A DNA stretch of 54,459 nucleotides, from positions 1-54,459 of the forward strand of contig JAWOIR010000100.1 in the NCBI GenBank assembly GCA_046484545.1, read 5' to 3'. Shown here one piece after another: positions 1-8,191 of this stretch. The stretch is from Anaerolineales bacterium. GTDB taxonomy: Bacteria > Chloroflexota > Anaerolineae > Anaerolineales > Villigracilaceae. The position numbers were made by a program, and so were the translations under genes. The first letter of the stretch is position 1, and each line of letters opens with the position of its first letter. The notes beneath the pieces are model-generated. The model was given only the letters and a program-made list of their open reading frames with translations, was not told where the DNA came from and ran no database searches.

Positions 1-288
1 GTTGGCATCCTCTGCCTGGAACCCCAGGAAGCGGTCATCCTCAAAATTGACGTAGTAGAATAGATCTTCACCAAAACGATGTGCAAACTGCGCCAGCAGC
101 GTGGATTTACCTACCCGCCGCAGCCCAGAAATGACCACTGCGTGGGGTAAAGGTAAGGCACGCTCAATTTCACCTAATTGCTCCCGTTCTATACCGATCT
201 CGGCTTGCCAGAAAGCCTGCTGTTGTTCTAGCAACATTGCTTTGATCTGATCTTTTGAGAATCTAGATTTCCAATAGTTTTCATTCAT
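1..288 (-). CDS. AAA+ ATPase, AAA_14/DUF4143-type (N-terminal part; gene runs off the left window edge)
   Basis: Minus-strand ATG at 288-286. Translation MNENYWKSRFSKDQIKAMLLEQQQAFWQAEIGIEREQLGEIERALPLPHAVVISGLRRVGKSTLLAQFAHRFGEDLFYYVNFEDDRF has a Walker-A-like GLRRVGKST. Absent from the ORF track because it is open at the edge. Confidence 0.6.
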   Translation of the reverse strand, partial: MNENYWKSRFSKDQIKAMLLEQQQAFWQAEIGIEREQLGEIERALPLPHAVVISGLRRVGKSTLLAQFAHRFGEDLFYYVNFEDDRFLGFQAEDAN

Positions 289-299
289 AACGAAATAAT

Positions 300-340
300 A
301 CACCAATTAGCTTTCGTTGTCAATGAAAACTAATTGGTGT
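300..340. repeat. Perfect 11-bp inverted repeat ACACCAATTAG-N19-CTAATTGGTGT
   Basis: Read directly. It lies between the ATPase start (288) and ncRNA copy 1, so it could be an operator or hairpin. Function unknown. Confidence 0.5.
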
Positions 341-381
341 GTGCATGCCCATGATAGCAAAGGAGTACGTACAATGGGGGT

Positions 382-653
382 AACACAAAATAAAAGTGAG
401 ATCGCCCAGCGCGAACTGAGCGATCTCGGGCGTGGAAACCACGCCGGTCGCAGATCCCTTGCACCTTGACAGTTGTACCACCAGAGCAATTAAGCCCGGT
501 AGTAAGTGCAGCTACGTCCCAAAGGGACGCCGTCACGTGTAACGCCGCTGTCTTGGGGGATCTTATAACCTGCGGAGAGGGTAGGCCGCCACTCCACGGT
601 GGGTAAAAAACGACCAGCACCTGGCGCGCTGAACCGGTGCTGGTTTCGTTTTC
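382..653 (+). ncRNA. Structured ~270-nt RNA element, copy 1 (family unassigned; possibly decaying copy)
   Basis: 393-653 aligns end to end with 43871-44134, with about 23 differences in about 262 nt by hand count. Stem-loops are conserved with compensatory changes. Intrinsic terminator ACCAGCACC 613-621 / GGTGCTGGT 636-644 plus T-tract to 653. A -10-like TACAAT sits at 370-375, homologous to the TAAAAT of copies 2 and 3, but no good -35 is present. The penultimate hairpin is degenerate compared with copies 2 and 3. The 5' end is approximate. Confidence 0.65.
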
Positions 654-950
654 ATCATCTGGACGCGGATTTTCCAGTTTTTCCTTCACTCTGTCTATTG
701 ATAGCTTGCACAGTCGAATGTTCACTGTGCGCTGGCATTTATGAACGGTAGCCGAGTTTGATTCAGACTGTCTCACCGGTCAACACTGCGGCTTTCTGCA
801 GATTACAGGCTGGAGCACCTATCCCATAAGTATCGGGAATCCTTATGCAGAAGCAAAATGCCTACTTTTCCTAGAGCTGGCGTCTGGGGAAAAGTAACTT
901 GAGGGTAGGCAGATAGGACTGGTGAAAAGGGGTATGAAGCCTATGCACTC

Positions 951-994
951 GCATAATCTCAGGATTTTTGCTGATTATGATGTTGAGATTATGC
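951..994. repeat. 11-bp inverted repeat GCATAATCTCA-N22-TGAGATTATGC in an AT-rich non-coding stretch
   Basis: Read directly (951-961 / 984-994). It lies inside the roughly 650-nt region 690-1330, which has no convincing ORF. Confidence 0.5.
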
Positions 995-1331
995 TCATAT
1001 AAAATTCAACAATCTTGGTTCTTCTGTCATATCCTGATATAAACTCACCTAAGGGAGTGTACAGAGTGTAATTCAAGCTATTACGGCTGAAATACGAGCG
1101 GTATAACCAGGTAATTTTAATATTTCACAAGCAGCAAACGACCATGCGCGAGATAGCTCAGAGATAAAATTCTCAGAAAAATGGGTGTGGGGGATTTGTA
1201 CGAAAGAGCGGAAGTCTTCTATTCCGCTTTCCGGTGCAGTAAGAAAAATCGTTAACGAAACCTTTACAAATAATTAAATGCACCATAACTCACAATTGAT
1301 ATGATTATAATCAGGAGATCTGTGCCTGGAT

Positions 1332-1703
1332 ATGTTTCCTTACCTGTTTGCCTTGATGGTGATCATTGTGGGGGTTGTCTTCAAAATTTCCAGGTTCTAT
1401 GATTCCCGCCGCTCACGCAAGAATTGGCTTGGTACGGATGGGGTCGTATACATCTGCCGGGTTGGCACGAAACACGATTCCAATGGCGAGGAATTCTATG
1501 AGCCACGGATCCGGTGCCTGTATAAGGTAAAAGGGGTGGTTTATACCATCACCCTTGAAAACACAGATTCGTGGAATTCCACCCAATGGGAATGGGAAAA
1601 TGTTTTACGGTACTATCCAGGCGGGTTTACCTTGCCAGTATACTACGATCCTAATAATCCCAGGCATGCATTTGTAATGCCGCCAGAAACGAGTGTAACC
1701 TGA
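1332..1703 (+). CDS. DUF3592-like single-pass membrane protein
   Basis: 123-aa ORF with an N-terminal TM helix followed by a beta-rich domain ending in ...VYYDPNNPRHAFV, the usual DUF3592 signature. SD-like AGGAG lies upstream. Confidence 0.55.
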   Translation: MFPYLFALMVIIVGVVFKISRFYDSRRSRKNWLGTDGVVYICRVGTKHDSNGEEFYEPRIRCLYKVKGVVYTITLENTDSWNSTQWEWENVLRYYPGGFTLPVYYDPNNPRHAFVMPPETSVT

Positions 1704-1716
1704 TGAAGAGGTGATT

Positions 1717-2334
1717 ATGCCCAATGTGTTTGAAGCTCTATTTATCTTGGCCCTGGATGAAGATGAAGGGTATATCGTTGAATCGGCCCTTGAAAATTTG
1801 CAGACCGCTTTGGCCGGAGCTGTTCTGGCTGAACTAGCTTTGCAGGAACGGATCGAATTGAAAGATTACCGGGTGGTGGTTAGCAATCAGGCCTGCACCG
1901 AGCATCCGATTCTAGACAAAGCTTTAAACGATATTCTCAATGAGACCAGGCTGCGCAAACCCAGGTACTGGATCAACACTCTGGCCTATAAAAAGCTGCT
2001 GCAGGAAATTGGACACGATTTGGTAGAGCAAGGAGTTTTGTCCAGGCAGAAGAAGCGTTTGCGCTTGGCAGTGACTTCTGACGAAGAACAGGCTCCTGTC
2101 CCTTCGCTGAAGTACAGTCTCAAGAGCCATTTACGAGAAATCGTCCTGGCAGGCGGGCAGCCCGAATTGGCCAACCAGGTGCTGCTCGCTTTCTTATACC
2201 ATGCAGATTTACTCAGGCTGGTTTTTACAATTGGAGAACGCAAAATCGCCTCGAAAGAGATCAAGAAACTGCTTAAGAACGGCGGACTGAGTGAGACATT
2301 GAAGACAATCGTAGCGGTTGCATGTGGACGTTAA
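1717..2334 (+). CDS. GPP34 (GOLPH3/VPS74-like) family protein
   Basis: N-terminus ...FEALFILALDEDEGYIV... is typical of bacterial GPP34 (PF05719). ATG 1717 is preferred over GTG 1711 because GAGG lies 7 nt upstream. Confidence 0.65.
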   Translation: MPNVFEALFILALDEDEGYIVESALENLQTALAGAVLAELALQERIELKDYRVVVSNQACTEHPILDKALNDILNETRLRKPRYWINTLAYKKLLQEIGHDLVEQGVLSRQKKRLRLAVTSDEEQAPVPSLKYSLKSHLREIVLAGGQPELANQVLLAFLYHADLLRLVFTIGERKIASKEIKKLLKNGGLSETLKTIVAVACGR

Positions 2335-2408
2335 GGATTCGTAAACGAGGTTGCAAAGGCAGAACGACCAGTACAGGCTGTACGTAGAATATTAACGAGA
2401 ATGCCAAT

Positions 2409-3701
2409 ATGAAAACTAAGTTGTATCTTGCATTGGTCGCTGCTCTATGCTTAGCTCTTATTCTGTTCAGCCCGGCCCTGGCAAAAAAAAGCTATCAGGC
2501 TGAGCGTTTCGATGTGACCATCGCTGTTCAGCCGGATGGAACGCTGAATGTCACAGAAACGATTGTTTTTCGGTTCACGGGTGGTCCATTCACCTACGTC
2601 TTTCGCGAGCTGGTATTTAACGACCTTGATGAGATAGACAACTTACAGGCCAGCCTGGATGGCCAGGCGCTGGCGCAGCGCACCACAATGGGCATCCCCT
2701 TTGGCTTGGGTGCAGCAGCCTTGACCACTCTCCTGGGTGTAGTGGGGGTGATCGTGGCCGGGAGAAGTTTCCGCCGCGAAACAGCCATCTTTCAGAACAA
2801 TGTTTACCAGAGCCTATCTGCGCCGCCGCGCGCCATCCCCCCCGCCCTGGCTGCGAAATTGACCGGCAGCGGTGTTCCTTTCCTGGGAACCTTGTTCGAC
2901 CTGGCGCGGCGAGGTGTGCTGCGCATTGAAGAGGGTCCGAAGAAATGGGGCAGCCGCACGTTTGAGGTGATCCGCCAGCCAACCAGCGAGCGCCTGCAGC
3001 CCCACGAACAGGTCTTCCTGGATGCGCTCTTCCATAAAGCCAGGAACGAACGCGTGGCCTTGAGCGAGATTGCCTCTCTGGCTTACAACGGCCAATTCAG
3101 CCAGGCGTTGGATCAGGAGTTGACCACGGCGGGCTGGCGCGATGCCGAGCGTAGCAGCCGGCGCGGGCGCTTCCTGGTTGCATCCTTATTGGGATTGGTC
3201 TTGGGGCTTGCCGCAATGGGTGTGGGCTTTTTGATCGCCAACTTCTTATCTGAAACGCAGCCTGCGGTGTTGATTGTTGGGGCCATCTTGCTGGGTGTTG
3301 GCGTGGCAGCCTGTGGGGTTGGCATTCTGGGATTGATGGTTGCGGCGTTGATCTCTTCGCTTTCCGATGAAGGCGCCCAACAGGTCTCCGCCTGGAACAG
3401 TTTTGCCGGTTATTTGCGCAACATCACGCGCGGGCGTGAGCCGGAGGCTTCCCCGGATTTATTTGGACGCTACCTGCCCTACGCCGCCGGTATGGGTTTG
3501 GCGACCGAATGGGCGATATTTTTCCAAAAGCAAGCCAATGTCCCCATCCCCGAATGGTTGATGAGTTTGCAATCCGGCATGGAGGACAGCAGTTTTGTCG
3601 CCATCCTGGCCGCCATCTTGGCGGCCGATTCTTCCGTTTCGGCTGCCACCGGCGGCGATGGCGGCGGGGCATCTGGCGGCGGTTCTTCGGGAGCAGGCTA
3701 G
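2409..3701 (+). CDS. DUF2207-like membrane protein with Gly-rich C-terminus
   Basis: Signal/TM at the N-terminus. Motifs KSYQAERFDVTIAVQPDGTLNVTETIVFRF..., ...YLPYAAGMGLATEW... and the terminal GGDGGGASGGGSSGAG are DUF2207 hallmarks. The extracytoplasmic N-domain looks shorter than usual, so an internal deletion is possible. Confidence 0.6.
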   Translation: MKTKLYLALVAALCLALILFSPALAKKSYQAERFDVTIAVQPDGTLNVTETIVFRFTGGPFTYVFRELVFNDLDEIDNLQASLDGQALAQRTTMGIPFGLGAAALTTLLGVVGVIVAGRSFRRETAIFQNNVYQSLSAPPRAIPPALAAKLTGSGVPFLGTLFDLARRGVLRIEEGPKKWGSRTFEVIRQPTSERLQPHEQVFLDALFHKARNERVALSEIASLAYNGQFSQALDQELTTAGWRDAERSSRRGRFLVASLLGLVLGLAAMGVGFLIANFLSETQPAVLIVGAILLGVGVAACGVGILGLMVAALISSLSDEGAQQVSAWNSFAGYLRNITRGREPEASPDLFGRYLPYAAGMGLATEWAIFFQKQANVPIPEWLMSLQSGMEDSSFVAILAAILAADSSVSAATGGDGGGASGGGSSGAG

Positions 3702-3728
3702 AGGTGTCACGACAGCAAGGAGTCTCTT

Positions 3729-4409
3729 GTGACTTCGCCAGTAATTATTGACTTCCCTCTCAGGGGTGAATGGATTACCCCTAACACGCCCGGCACAAAA
3801 ATCCCAAGCCACGGGACCGATTTGCTTGGTCAGAGATATGCTTACGATTTTGTTGGAATAGATCCAAAATCGCGAAGCACTCGTTTCTACCGGCTTGGCC
3901 TGCTTCATTACCTTATTCTCGGTGTTCGTTTGCAGGATTGCTTTGGGTGGGGGCAACCCATCTTCTCTGCGACAGCCGGGACGGTTGTTCGGGCTGAGGA
4001 TGGCTGGACTGAGCGGGATCCCGTACACCTCGCCAGGGATTTAGCCATCCTTCTCAAGAATGCCTGGACTTTCAATTTACAGCAGACAGCGGATCTCCGA
4101 TCACTAATGGGTAACTTTATCATCATTGAAAGCTGCGATGGATATGCAGGCTATGCCCATGTCCAAACTGGCTCAATTAAAGTTTCTGTTGGAGACAAGG
4201 TTATTCCCGGTCAACATCTGGCTAATGTCGGTCATTCTGGCAATTCGACTGCGCCCCACTTACATTTCCAATTAATGGATCACCCAGATCCTTGGAAAGC
4301 GCAAGGTATTCTCTGTTGCTTTCGCGAGTATGAAATATTTCACCAAGGCGCCTGGCGCCTGGTGCAGAGTGGCATTCCCAAGGCAACAGACCGGATTCGA
4401 AAATCATGA
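3729..4409 (+). CDS. M23 family metallopeptidase
   Basis: The C-terminal motif GHSGNSTAPHLHFQL (HxH) is typical of M23/LytM peptidases. GTG start. Confidence 0.65.
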   Translation: MTSPVIIDFPLRGEWITPNTPGTKIPSHGTDLLGQRYAYDFVGIDPKSRSTRFYRLGLLHYLILGVRLQDCFGWGQPIFSATAGTVVRAEDGWTERDPVHLARDLAILLKNAWTFNLQQTADLRSLMGNFIIIESCDGYAGYAHVQTGSIKVSVGDKVIPGQHLANVGHSGNSTAPHLHFQLMDHPDPWKAQGILCCFREYEIFHQGAWRLVQSGIPKATDRIRKS

Positions 4410-4427
4410 GATAAGAAAGGAAAGAAT

Positions 4428-5144
4428 ATGGATACCCCAGATCAAAACCCTGAAAAACCACCCAAAGCCCGTCCGTCCAAGAAGATGAGTTCCCAGCCCC
4501 AAGTGATGCTTTCACTTCCAGAAAAATTGTTCATCCTGGCAATTGACGATGACCAGGGCGCCATTACTGCATCTGTAAAAAACAAGCTGTGCTATGGACT
4601 GGCCGGCGCAATCCTGTCCGAATTGGCGATCATGGGCAAAATCGTCACAGAAGAAGAACGTGTTCGTGTTGAAGATGCAACACCAACCGGCGACCCGCTT
4701 TGTGACGGAGCGCTTACCGTGATTGCGGCCAAGAAAAAGCCACATAAAATGGGACGTTTAGTCAACGACCTGGCAAAAGAACCCCTCTTCAAGCAAACGG
4801 CCGAACGGTTGGCAGAACGCAATATTATCACGATTGAGAAGAAAAAGTTCGCCTGGATTTCTCCATCGGTCATCTATCCACAGGTAAATGGCTCGACGAA
4901 ATATTGGTTGAAATCCAAACTGCGCGCCATTGTACTGGCGGGCGAAAAACCAGAGGCGCAAGATATTGCCCTGTTCAGCCTGCTTAAAGCATGCCAATTG
5001 CTGCCGCTGGTATTTACCCGCGATGAGCGCCAAGCTGCTCGCAAGCGAGTAGACGCTCTGGTACTGGGCGAGGCTTACGGCGAAGCATTGGCCAATTTGC
5101 TGTCAGATATTGATCGCGCATCCGGAGAAGCCACCGAAGACTAA
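4428..5144 (+). CDS. GPP34 (GOLPH3-like) family protein, second paralog
   Basis: Motif EKLFILAIDDDQGAI... and its overall length resemble 1717-2334. SD GGAAAG lies upstream. Confidence 0.65.
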   Translation: MDTPDQNPEKPPKARPSKKMSSQPQVMLSLPEKLFILAIDDDQGAITASVKNKLCYGLAGAILSELAIMGKIVTEEERVRVEDATPTGDPLCDGALTVIAAKKKPHKMGRLVNDLAKEPLFKQTAERLAERNIITIEKKKFAWISPSVIYPQVNGSTKYWLKSKLRAIVLAGEKPEAQDIALFSLLKACQLLPLVFTRDERQAARKRVDALVLGEAYGEALANLLSDIDRASGEATED

Positions 5145-5169
5145 AGCTATATCGAATTACAGTAACGTG

Positions 5170-5649
5170 ATGCCAGAAAAATCGATCTACCATCGCATGA
5201 AAGCCCTGAATGCCCGCATGGCGGCCAATTACAAGCGCGGCTTTGGCCCGACGCGCATCGTGCTGCTGACCTCGACCGGGCGAAAATCTGGTCTGCCGCG
5301 TGTAACCCCGCTGCAGTTCGAAAAAATAGATGGTGACTACTACATTGCCTCGGCGCGCGGGCAGGCAGCGGACTGGTTCAAGAATATCCAGGCTAATCCA
5401 AATGTCCATGTTCAAATTCGGGAGCGGGAGTTCGATGTCGTTGCGGAGCCGGTCACCGATCCAATCCGTATCGCCGATTTCATCGAGCTGCGCCTGAAAC
5501 ACCACTCGGTCATGATCCGCCTCATCATGACCCTGTTCGATGGCCTGCCGTTGCGCTTCACCCGCGCTGACCTTAGAAAATTCTGCCAGGAAAAAGCAAT
5601 GGCGATCCTGCGTCCGATCAGAGAGCAAGTTTCCAATCAAAGGATGTAG
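5170..5649 (+). CDS. Nitroreductase-family deazaflavin(F420)-dependent oxidoreductase (DUF385)
   Basis: ...LLTSTGRKSGLPRVTPLQFEKIDGDYYIASARGQAADWFKNIQANPNV... is the classical DUF385 core. The internal ATG at 5170 is chosen because the longer ORF (5110) overlaps the previous gene. Confidence 0.7.
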   Translation: MPEKSIYHRMKALNARMAANYKRGFGPTRIVLLTSTGRKSGLPRVTPLQFEKIDGDYYIASARGQAADWFKNIQANPNVHVQIREREFDVVAEPVTDPIRIADFIELRLKHHSVMIRLIMTLFDGLPLRFTRADLRKFCQEKAMAILRPIREQVSNQRM

Positions 5650-5651
5650 AA

Positions 5652-6257
5652 ATGGCTGGTACGAATTCAAATTTCGCAGTTTTCTTTAGTGGCGTTTTCC
5701 TGCTGGCAGTTGCTTACGTGGTGTTCCGAGTGATTGTTCGCCGTGATTATCGTCTGCACGGACGTCTGACGGGCTGGTCTTCGACCCTCCAATTGCTTGC
5801 CTTTGCTGGGCTGATGGCTTTTCCATACTTATTCAACCCACCCGAGTGGGCCTTGTCCTGGATGCTAGCAGGGCCAACCTCTTTTCCACAACAAATATTG
5901 GGATTGGTCATCATTCTATTGGGATTCCTTTTCGCATTTGGCACGATGGGATGGTTTGGAATGCGACGGGCATTCGGCGTTGAAACGAAAGGTTTGATAA
6001 GGACTGGCCCTTATCGGTTTACAAGAAATCCCCAAATCTTGGGAGGGTACCTTTTGGTCATCGGGGTTGCAGTGCAATGGCCTTCCTGGTTCGCGATCGT
6101 TTGGATTGTGCTTTACGGGGTGATTGGTCACTGGATGATCCTGACTGAAGAGGAGCATTTACGGACCTCTCTTGGGGAGGAGTATGTACGTTATTGTCAA
6201 CAAGTTCCAAGGTATTTGTTTTGGGAATTCAATAAAAGGCTCGGCGCAGTGAAGTGA
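5652..6257 (+). CDS. Isoprenylcysteine carboxyl methyltransferase (ICMT/PEMT)-family membrane methyltransferase
   Basis: Multi-TM protein with LIRTGPYRFTRNPQILGGYL...EEEHLRTSLGEEYVRYCQQVPRY, the ICMT/PEMT signature. Confidence 0.7.
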   Translation: MAGTNSNFAVFFSGVFLLAVAYVVFRVIVRRDYRLHGRLTGWSSTLQLLAFAGLMAFPYLFNPPEWALSWMLAGPTSFPQQILGLVIILLGFLFAFGTMGWFGMRRAFGVETKGLIRTGPYRFTRNPQILGGYLLVIGVAVQWPSWFAIVWIVLYGVIGHWMILTEEEHLRTSLGEEYVRYCQQVPRYLFWEFNKRLGAVK

Positions 6258-6317
6258 TTAAATTTTCGATGGCCTGAAGCTCTAGGTTCCTGACTTTCGA
6301 TTAAGGAAAGGTTCAAT

Positions 6318-6647
6318 ATGAATAAAGTCTTGAACATCCCTCATCGTACAAGCCATGGCATGTGCCCGGTCAATGGCATCCGCGACCTGGTGCAGTGGCG
6401 CTCGGGTCGGGATTGGTCAAACGAGTTCTTATGGGGATTGGGCCAGGGCGGAGGCTTTGCTTACCTGCGCTTCAACGCCGCCGATCCGCCGCGCCAGGTG
6501 TATACGGGCATCTCCACCCCACGCCTGACCCCGCTACTGCCGTTTCTCGGAATAGCATTGATCGGACATTCCGCACCTTACGCTGTTCTCTCCGCGCTGT
6601 TCATTATTCTGCACACCTGGCATGGAATCCAAAACCTTACACTTTGA
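6318..6647 (+). pseudogene. Chimeric ORF: BtrH_N-like N-terminal fragment fused to the C-terminal tail of a 42585-43031-type membrane protein
   Basis: Residues 1-65 (HGMCPVNGIRDLVQW...EFLWGLGQGGGFAYL) look like the first part of BtrH_N/DUF4872 proteins. Residues about 67-107 (PRLTPLLPFLGIALIGHSAPYAVLSALFIILHTWHGIQNL) parallel the last 40 aa of the 42585-43031 protein. Confidence 0.5.
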
Positions 6648-6676
6648 TCGTCATTTTTTCGAAAGGAATAAGCAAA

Positions 6677-7498
6677 ATGACGAAGATTGAAATCCTTCAA
6701 AAATATCGAATTACCAACCTTTTCGCAGCCTTCATCGTCATCGCCTTGACAGGCCTATTGAATTACTTTGTAGCGCGCCCCTATCAATTGACCCTCGGCG
6801 CAACCAAAGACGAAGTCCAGCGTTCCATGCCGGGCGATGAACTGGTCTCTTCTCCCCACTTCCTGGCAACCCGGGCCATTACTATTCAAGGCACGCCTGA
6901 AGAAATTTGGCCCTGGTTGCTGCAAATGGGGCACAACTGTGCCGGTTTCTATGGGTACGATATTTTGGAAAACATCGGCAGCGAACACGGCTTGCGCAGC
7001 GCCGAAAAAATTATCCCGGAATTCCAAAATTTCCAGCAGGGAGACGAAGTCCCAATCAGCCTGATTATCAGCCACGTTTTCTACGCCATTGAACCCAACC
7101 AGTACCTGGTTTGGACAAGCGGAAACGATGATTCGCCTGCCGTACTGGCCTGGGCTTTGTACCCCCTCGATGATAGCCAGACCCGCCTGGTCAGCCGGAT
7201 TCAATGGCGTTATCACCTTACCGACCCCGGTTCTGTTGTGATGGCGCTTTTCGTTGATCTAGCCGACCATATCGCGGTGCGCAAAATCTTGCAGGGCGTC
7301 AAGGGCCGAGTCGAGGGCCAGGTCGAGCCGGTGTGGGTCGCCGATGTGGAGTTTGTCGTCTTTGTGGCGGCTTTTGGCGTCTTTGTAGCAGCGCTCATCG
7401 CCCTGCTTGCGCGTCCCCTCACCTGGGCGAGATGGCTGGCTGCTTTCGGCGCGGGAATCGGCTGGTTGGTTGTCTGGTACGCGCCGATATGGTTTTGA
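6677..7498 (+). CDS. SRPBCC-like protein with N- and C-terminal TM segments
   Basis: ATG at 6677 inside the longer ORF 6362-7498, whose upstream part is a different-looking Arg/Pro-rich read-through. The motif ...GTPEEIWPWLLQMG...VSRIQWRY... is typical of SRPBCC/START-fold proteins. Confidence 0.55.
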   Translation: MTKIEILQKYRITNLFAAFIVIALTGLLNYFVARPYQLTLGATKDEVQRSMPGDELVSSPHFLATRAITIQGTPEEIWPWLLQMGHNCAGFYGYDILENIGSEHGLRSAEKIIPEFQNFQQGDEVPISLIISHVFYAIEPNQYLVWTSGNDDSPAVLAWALYPLDDSQTRLVSRIQWRYHLTDPGSVVMALFVDLADHIAVRKILQGVKGRVEGQVEPVWVADVEFVVFVAAFGVFVAALIALLARPLTWARWLAAFGAGIGWLVVWYAPIWF

Positions 7499-7500
7499 GT

Positions 7501-8157
7501 ATGAGAGGCCAATTTTCCACTACAGTCTTGCTTTTCGGATTGCCCTTCCTGCTCCTGCCGGTCATGGTCGGGATTTTCACTATATTTGCCCGTTGGCTGG
7601 GCGCGGAAGCAGGCTACCTGCTCGGCTTCGGCTTGTACTGGCTGTTCTGGTGCCTGCTCGTCCCGCGCGCGCTGCTGGGCGAAGCGGAATTTGCCGCCAT
7701 CTTGCATGACCGCGCTCCCCTGTTCAGCCGGGCAAACTGGCTCGCTGCGCTGCTCTGGCTGGTTGTAACCCTGGTTGCCGTTTTCATGTACGCCGGGGAA
7801 TTCATCCGCGCCCCGCTGGCACTGATCCTGCTCGCCGTGCCGCTGGCAACCGTTAACGGCTGCTGTGAAGAGATTCTCTGGCGCGGGCTGTATGTGCGCG
7901 CCTTCCCTGGCAACCCCTGGCTTGGAGTGATTGTCCCGGCAATCGGTTTCGCCCTGTGGCATTTTGTCCCGCAAACAATTTTCCCGGCAGAGAACCAGCT
8001 CGGTTTTGTGCTTTCCACACTCTTTCTCGGCCTGGTTTATGGCTTTATCGCCTACCGAACAGGTTCCGCAAAATGGACGGCCATCTCGCACAGCCTGAGC
8101 GGTATCCTGGCCTTGAGCGGTTACCTTGCGCCTAGCCTGCTGGCGTTGATTGAATGA
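7501..8157 (+). CDS. CPBP family intramembrane glutamic endopeptidase (CAAX protease-like)
   Basis: Motifs EEILWRG and FALWHF in a multi-TM protein. The start could be 7489 (ATG overlapping the preceding stop) or 7501. Confidence 0.7.
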   Translation: MRGQFSTTVLLFGLPFLLLPVMVGIFTIFARWLGAEAGYLLGFGLYWLFWCLLVPRALLGEAEFAAILHDRAPLFSRANWLAALLWLVVTLVAVFMYAGEFIRAPLALILLAVPLATVNGCCEEILWRGLYVRAFPGNPWLGVIVPAIGFALWHFVPQTIFPAENQLGFVLSTLFLGLVYGFIAYRTGSAKWTAISHSLSGILALSGYLAPSLLALIE

Positions 8158-8191
8158 GTATAAAATATGGTTTATGAAAGGTAAAAACATG

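Noticed and set aside
382-653. Identity of the repeated RNA as RNase P RNA, tmRNA, SRP RNA, 6S RNA, a cobalamin riboswitch or a group II intron domain
   Set aside because: It lacks the signatures I know: no GAGGAAAGUCCGG or ACAGAA core, no tRNA-like CCA end with a tag ORF, no GGAAGCAGCC SRP motif, no B12 box, and no GUGYG start or domain V. Housekeeping RNAs would not occur three times next to pseudogenes. This rests on memory only, so cmscan is still needed.
330-776. 148-aa minus-strand ORF (and 60-aa ORF 307-489) covering ncRNA copy 1
   Set aside because: It lies antisense to the conserved RNA scaffold. The equivalent region of copy 2 has only an unrelated 63-aa ORF (44042-44233). Differences between the copies are compensatory in helices rather than codon-patterned, and there is no SD or recognisable motif.
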